Shown here piece by piece: positions 61,813-64,000 of a stretch of DNA of 64,000 bases (position 1 is its first letter; each line of letters begins with the position of its first letter). Below the pieces are notes generated by a model. The model did not search any database and had not been told where the DNA came from. It worked only from the letters and a program-made list of their open reading frames with translations. Source of the stretch: Adineta vaga (Eukaryota > Animalia > Rotifera); assembly GCA_021613535.1 (NCBI GenBank), contig CP075492.1, positions 11,718,001-11,782,000 of the forward strand. Direction: 5' to 3'. Position numbers and translations under genes: made by a program.

Positions 61813-63647
61813 TGTGATTGAATAAGTTTAAAAACTAAAATCTAGAATTAATTATTGGAAGGCTTATGCTTATTATATTGATATCCTCAGTACATCTAAC
61901 AATCGAAAATATCAAAATAGTCAAATGATTATATTCGAAATAATTGACTATATTTTTCTTTGCCATTCTCATATTTCAAATATAAGACGAAGAAGAAATG
62001 AGAAGCAAGAATGAGAAAAAAAGACGACGAAAAAGAAAAGAAAGAAAACGCCATGCATCTTCTTCTTACATCCTTTTGTTGACGACTAATTATACATAAA
62101 TCCAATCGTGTTGAAATAATTAGTTTAGTTCTATTTATATTTGCTCAATAATCAAAGAGATTAAACAAGAAGACTATTGAAAATGGATTAGAAATCTACA
62201 GCTTGAGAATAGAACTAGGTAAGTCATCTAATCGATAATAACTATCTATTCGACAGGTTTTCGTCGAGGATATATAAAGCGACAGAAGAAAAAGTAGAAA
62301 ATAGAAATATTTGTTTTTATGTCTGTTTTTTTTCTCTTTCTCGGTTTTGGATTTGCTTCAATGATTCTTATTAATCTTATTCATACATTTCTGTGCTTCT
62401 AAACACAAGGTACATTCTTCTTTTTTTGTCAAAAAAAGCGACAGAGAGAGAGAACAAATGTAATCATATCATTAATTACCATTTAGTGTCAAAACAATCT
62501 CTTTTTTGTTTTATACCGATCAATCAATAAATTATGTATACACTTTTTGTATTAGCTTTGATCTTAAGTTGTTATTTTTTACCTTTGTAATCTAAGATGA
62601 TAGATAATTAACGTCTGATTACAGTAATAAATGTCGATGGTTGACAAACGGAACAACTTGATATACTTATGACAAAAGAATCAAAGAATGAATAGAGAAT
62701 GTTGATGAATAAGTGGAACTTTGAAGTTTCTATTTCGAAAGTAGAAAACAAATTTACTTTCATAGGATTGATTTCATGTCAATACATAAAAATGTGAAAT
62801 GATCTCAAGTGACATATGTAATTTCTTTTCGATAGAGAAATTATTTGTCAGATTTATAATATAAAAAGGTTATGTCAACATTGTTCGTTATAAACAGGTA
62901 CTAAATATGGCAATAGATTGCAAAAAATTAGTTCAACTATTAGTTTTTATAAAGAAAGTTTTTGTTTTTCGATATGGTAATAATAATCATATTCTGTCCT
63001 TGTTTGTAGATATGGTATATTCTATCCGTATGTCACATTCGTTTTTCTTTTCGCATGATTTATTATTTTTCGTATGTATGTACGTGAGCAAGGTCATATC
63101 TTACCAAAAATACGTACGGTCGTTAGAAAAAAGTAGTATTAGTACAAAATAAAAATATAATCAAAATAATCATCTATTACTTTGTATTTTCGTTTGTTTT
63201 ATCTATTCGTGAACTGTTAGGATATTGTTGGGCCTTCATAGATAGACAAAATTGAATCATTACATCTAGTATCTTAACCTACTGAACTTTAGAAAAACAA
63301 CTCGTGTCTCACGAGAATATCCATCATCACTCAAATGAAATGATATAATATGATCTTTGTCTAGTAATGTTCGTGATTGCTTATGGAATATATTATTGAA
63401 AGGATTTGTAATTTAATTATTTCAAAATAAATTCATATATAATTCATTCGTTGCGAACGTTCAGAAATATGTATTATTGTAAAGCTTATTTATTTTGCAA
63501 AAAAAAACATCAAATAGACACACAGAGAGTTTAAAGAAAGAATCATGTCATAGTTCATAAAATTTACTGTCAATTTTTCTATTTCACAATTATTTTGAGC
63601 AAGTTCTTCTTCTAAGTTGATCCGTTCTTTTTGCGAAACAATCTGAT

Positions 63648-64000
63648 TTAATAGATGCAGTCAGTACCAAGTGGATTAGGTACAGCACCTCGAGTACAAC
63701 TCCATATACACCGTTTATCAGCATTAAAGGTATGATATGGTCCTTTGCATTCTATAGAGAATAAAAGTAAAATTACAGATATTGAGAAATTACTAAATGA
63801 ATAATGCAAAAATAATCTGGTCTTTTTTTTTCGAATCAACTTGTGATATATTAGTTTGACTTTTAAGTTCAACTTAGGAACGTACTTACCACCACAAACT
63901 CTTCGTCCGATTCGATCATGACCAATTTCATAAAGACCTGGTTTACAAACGCATTCAATGCCAAGTGTGTCAGGCGTTGTACCATCGCCACAACTCCACA
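63648..64000 (-). CDS. 3' part of a Cys-rich tandem-repeat protein (continues beyond the window)
   Basis: ...WSCGDGTTPDTLGIECVCKPGLYEIGHDRIGRRVC|ECKGPYHTFNADKRCIWSCTRGAVPNPLGTDCIY*. Two copies of a ~50-aa Cys repeat joined by a GT-AG intron. Confidence 0.7.
   Translation of the reverse strand, partial: WSCGDGTTPDTLGIECVCKPGLYEIGHDRIGRRVCGGKYVPKLNLKVKLIYHKLIRKKKTRLFLHYSFSNFSISVILLLFSIECKGPYHTFNADKRCIWSCTRGAVPNPLGTDCIY

Noticed and set aside
1-64000. CRISPR arrays, rRNA, transposase/RT genes, clearly bacterial genes
   Set aside because: No regularly spaced repeats, rRNA-like segments or such protein motifs were seen. The recognisable genes belong to metazoan families and have spliceosomal introns, except the intronless DHFR noted above.

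Overview
This is a eukaryotic, AT-rich (~30% GC by eye), gene-dense animal genomic window with many ~45-65 nt GT-AG introns, so the ORF track shows exon fragments. I assembled the genes by hand from splice sites. Composition, intron size, CGA/CGT-rich codons and gene content suggest a bdelloid rotifer (inference). In order: (1) six tightly packed + strand genes (ARGLU1, PAH, SFT2D, UVRAG, TIMM13, TRIP4) that look like a trans-spliced operon; (2) a membrane-anchored chitin-deacetylase-like pseudo-enzyme (-); (3) a P2X receptor with a 1-nt frameshift (+); (4) a ~17 kb outer-arm beta-type axonemal dynein heavy chain (+) hosting an intron-containing tRNA-Leu(CAA) with genome-encoded CCA; (5) a compact trr-type KMT2C/D (-) head-to-head with a ZMYND8-like PHD-bromo-PWWP gene lacking MYND (+); (6) an SCP/calexcitin-like EF-hand gene (-); (7) an intronless divergent DHFR (+); (8) an orphan small-exon gene (+); (9) a 3-Ig probably GPI-anchored protein (+) tail-to-tail with a domain-reduced Dscam (-); (10) two convergent neuronal calcium sensor genes; (11) the 3' end of a Cys-rich repeat gene. 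No CRISPR array, rRNA or intact transposon was seen. Gene ends are hand-derived and may be off by a few bases.
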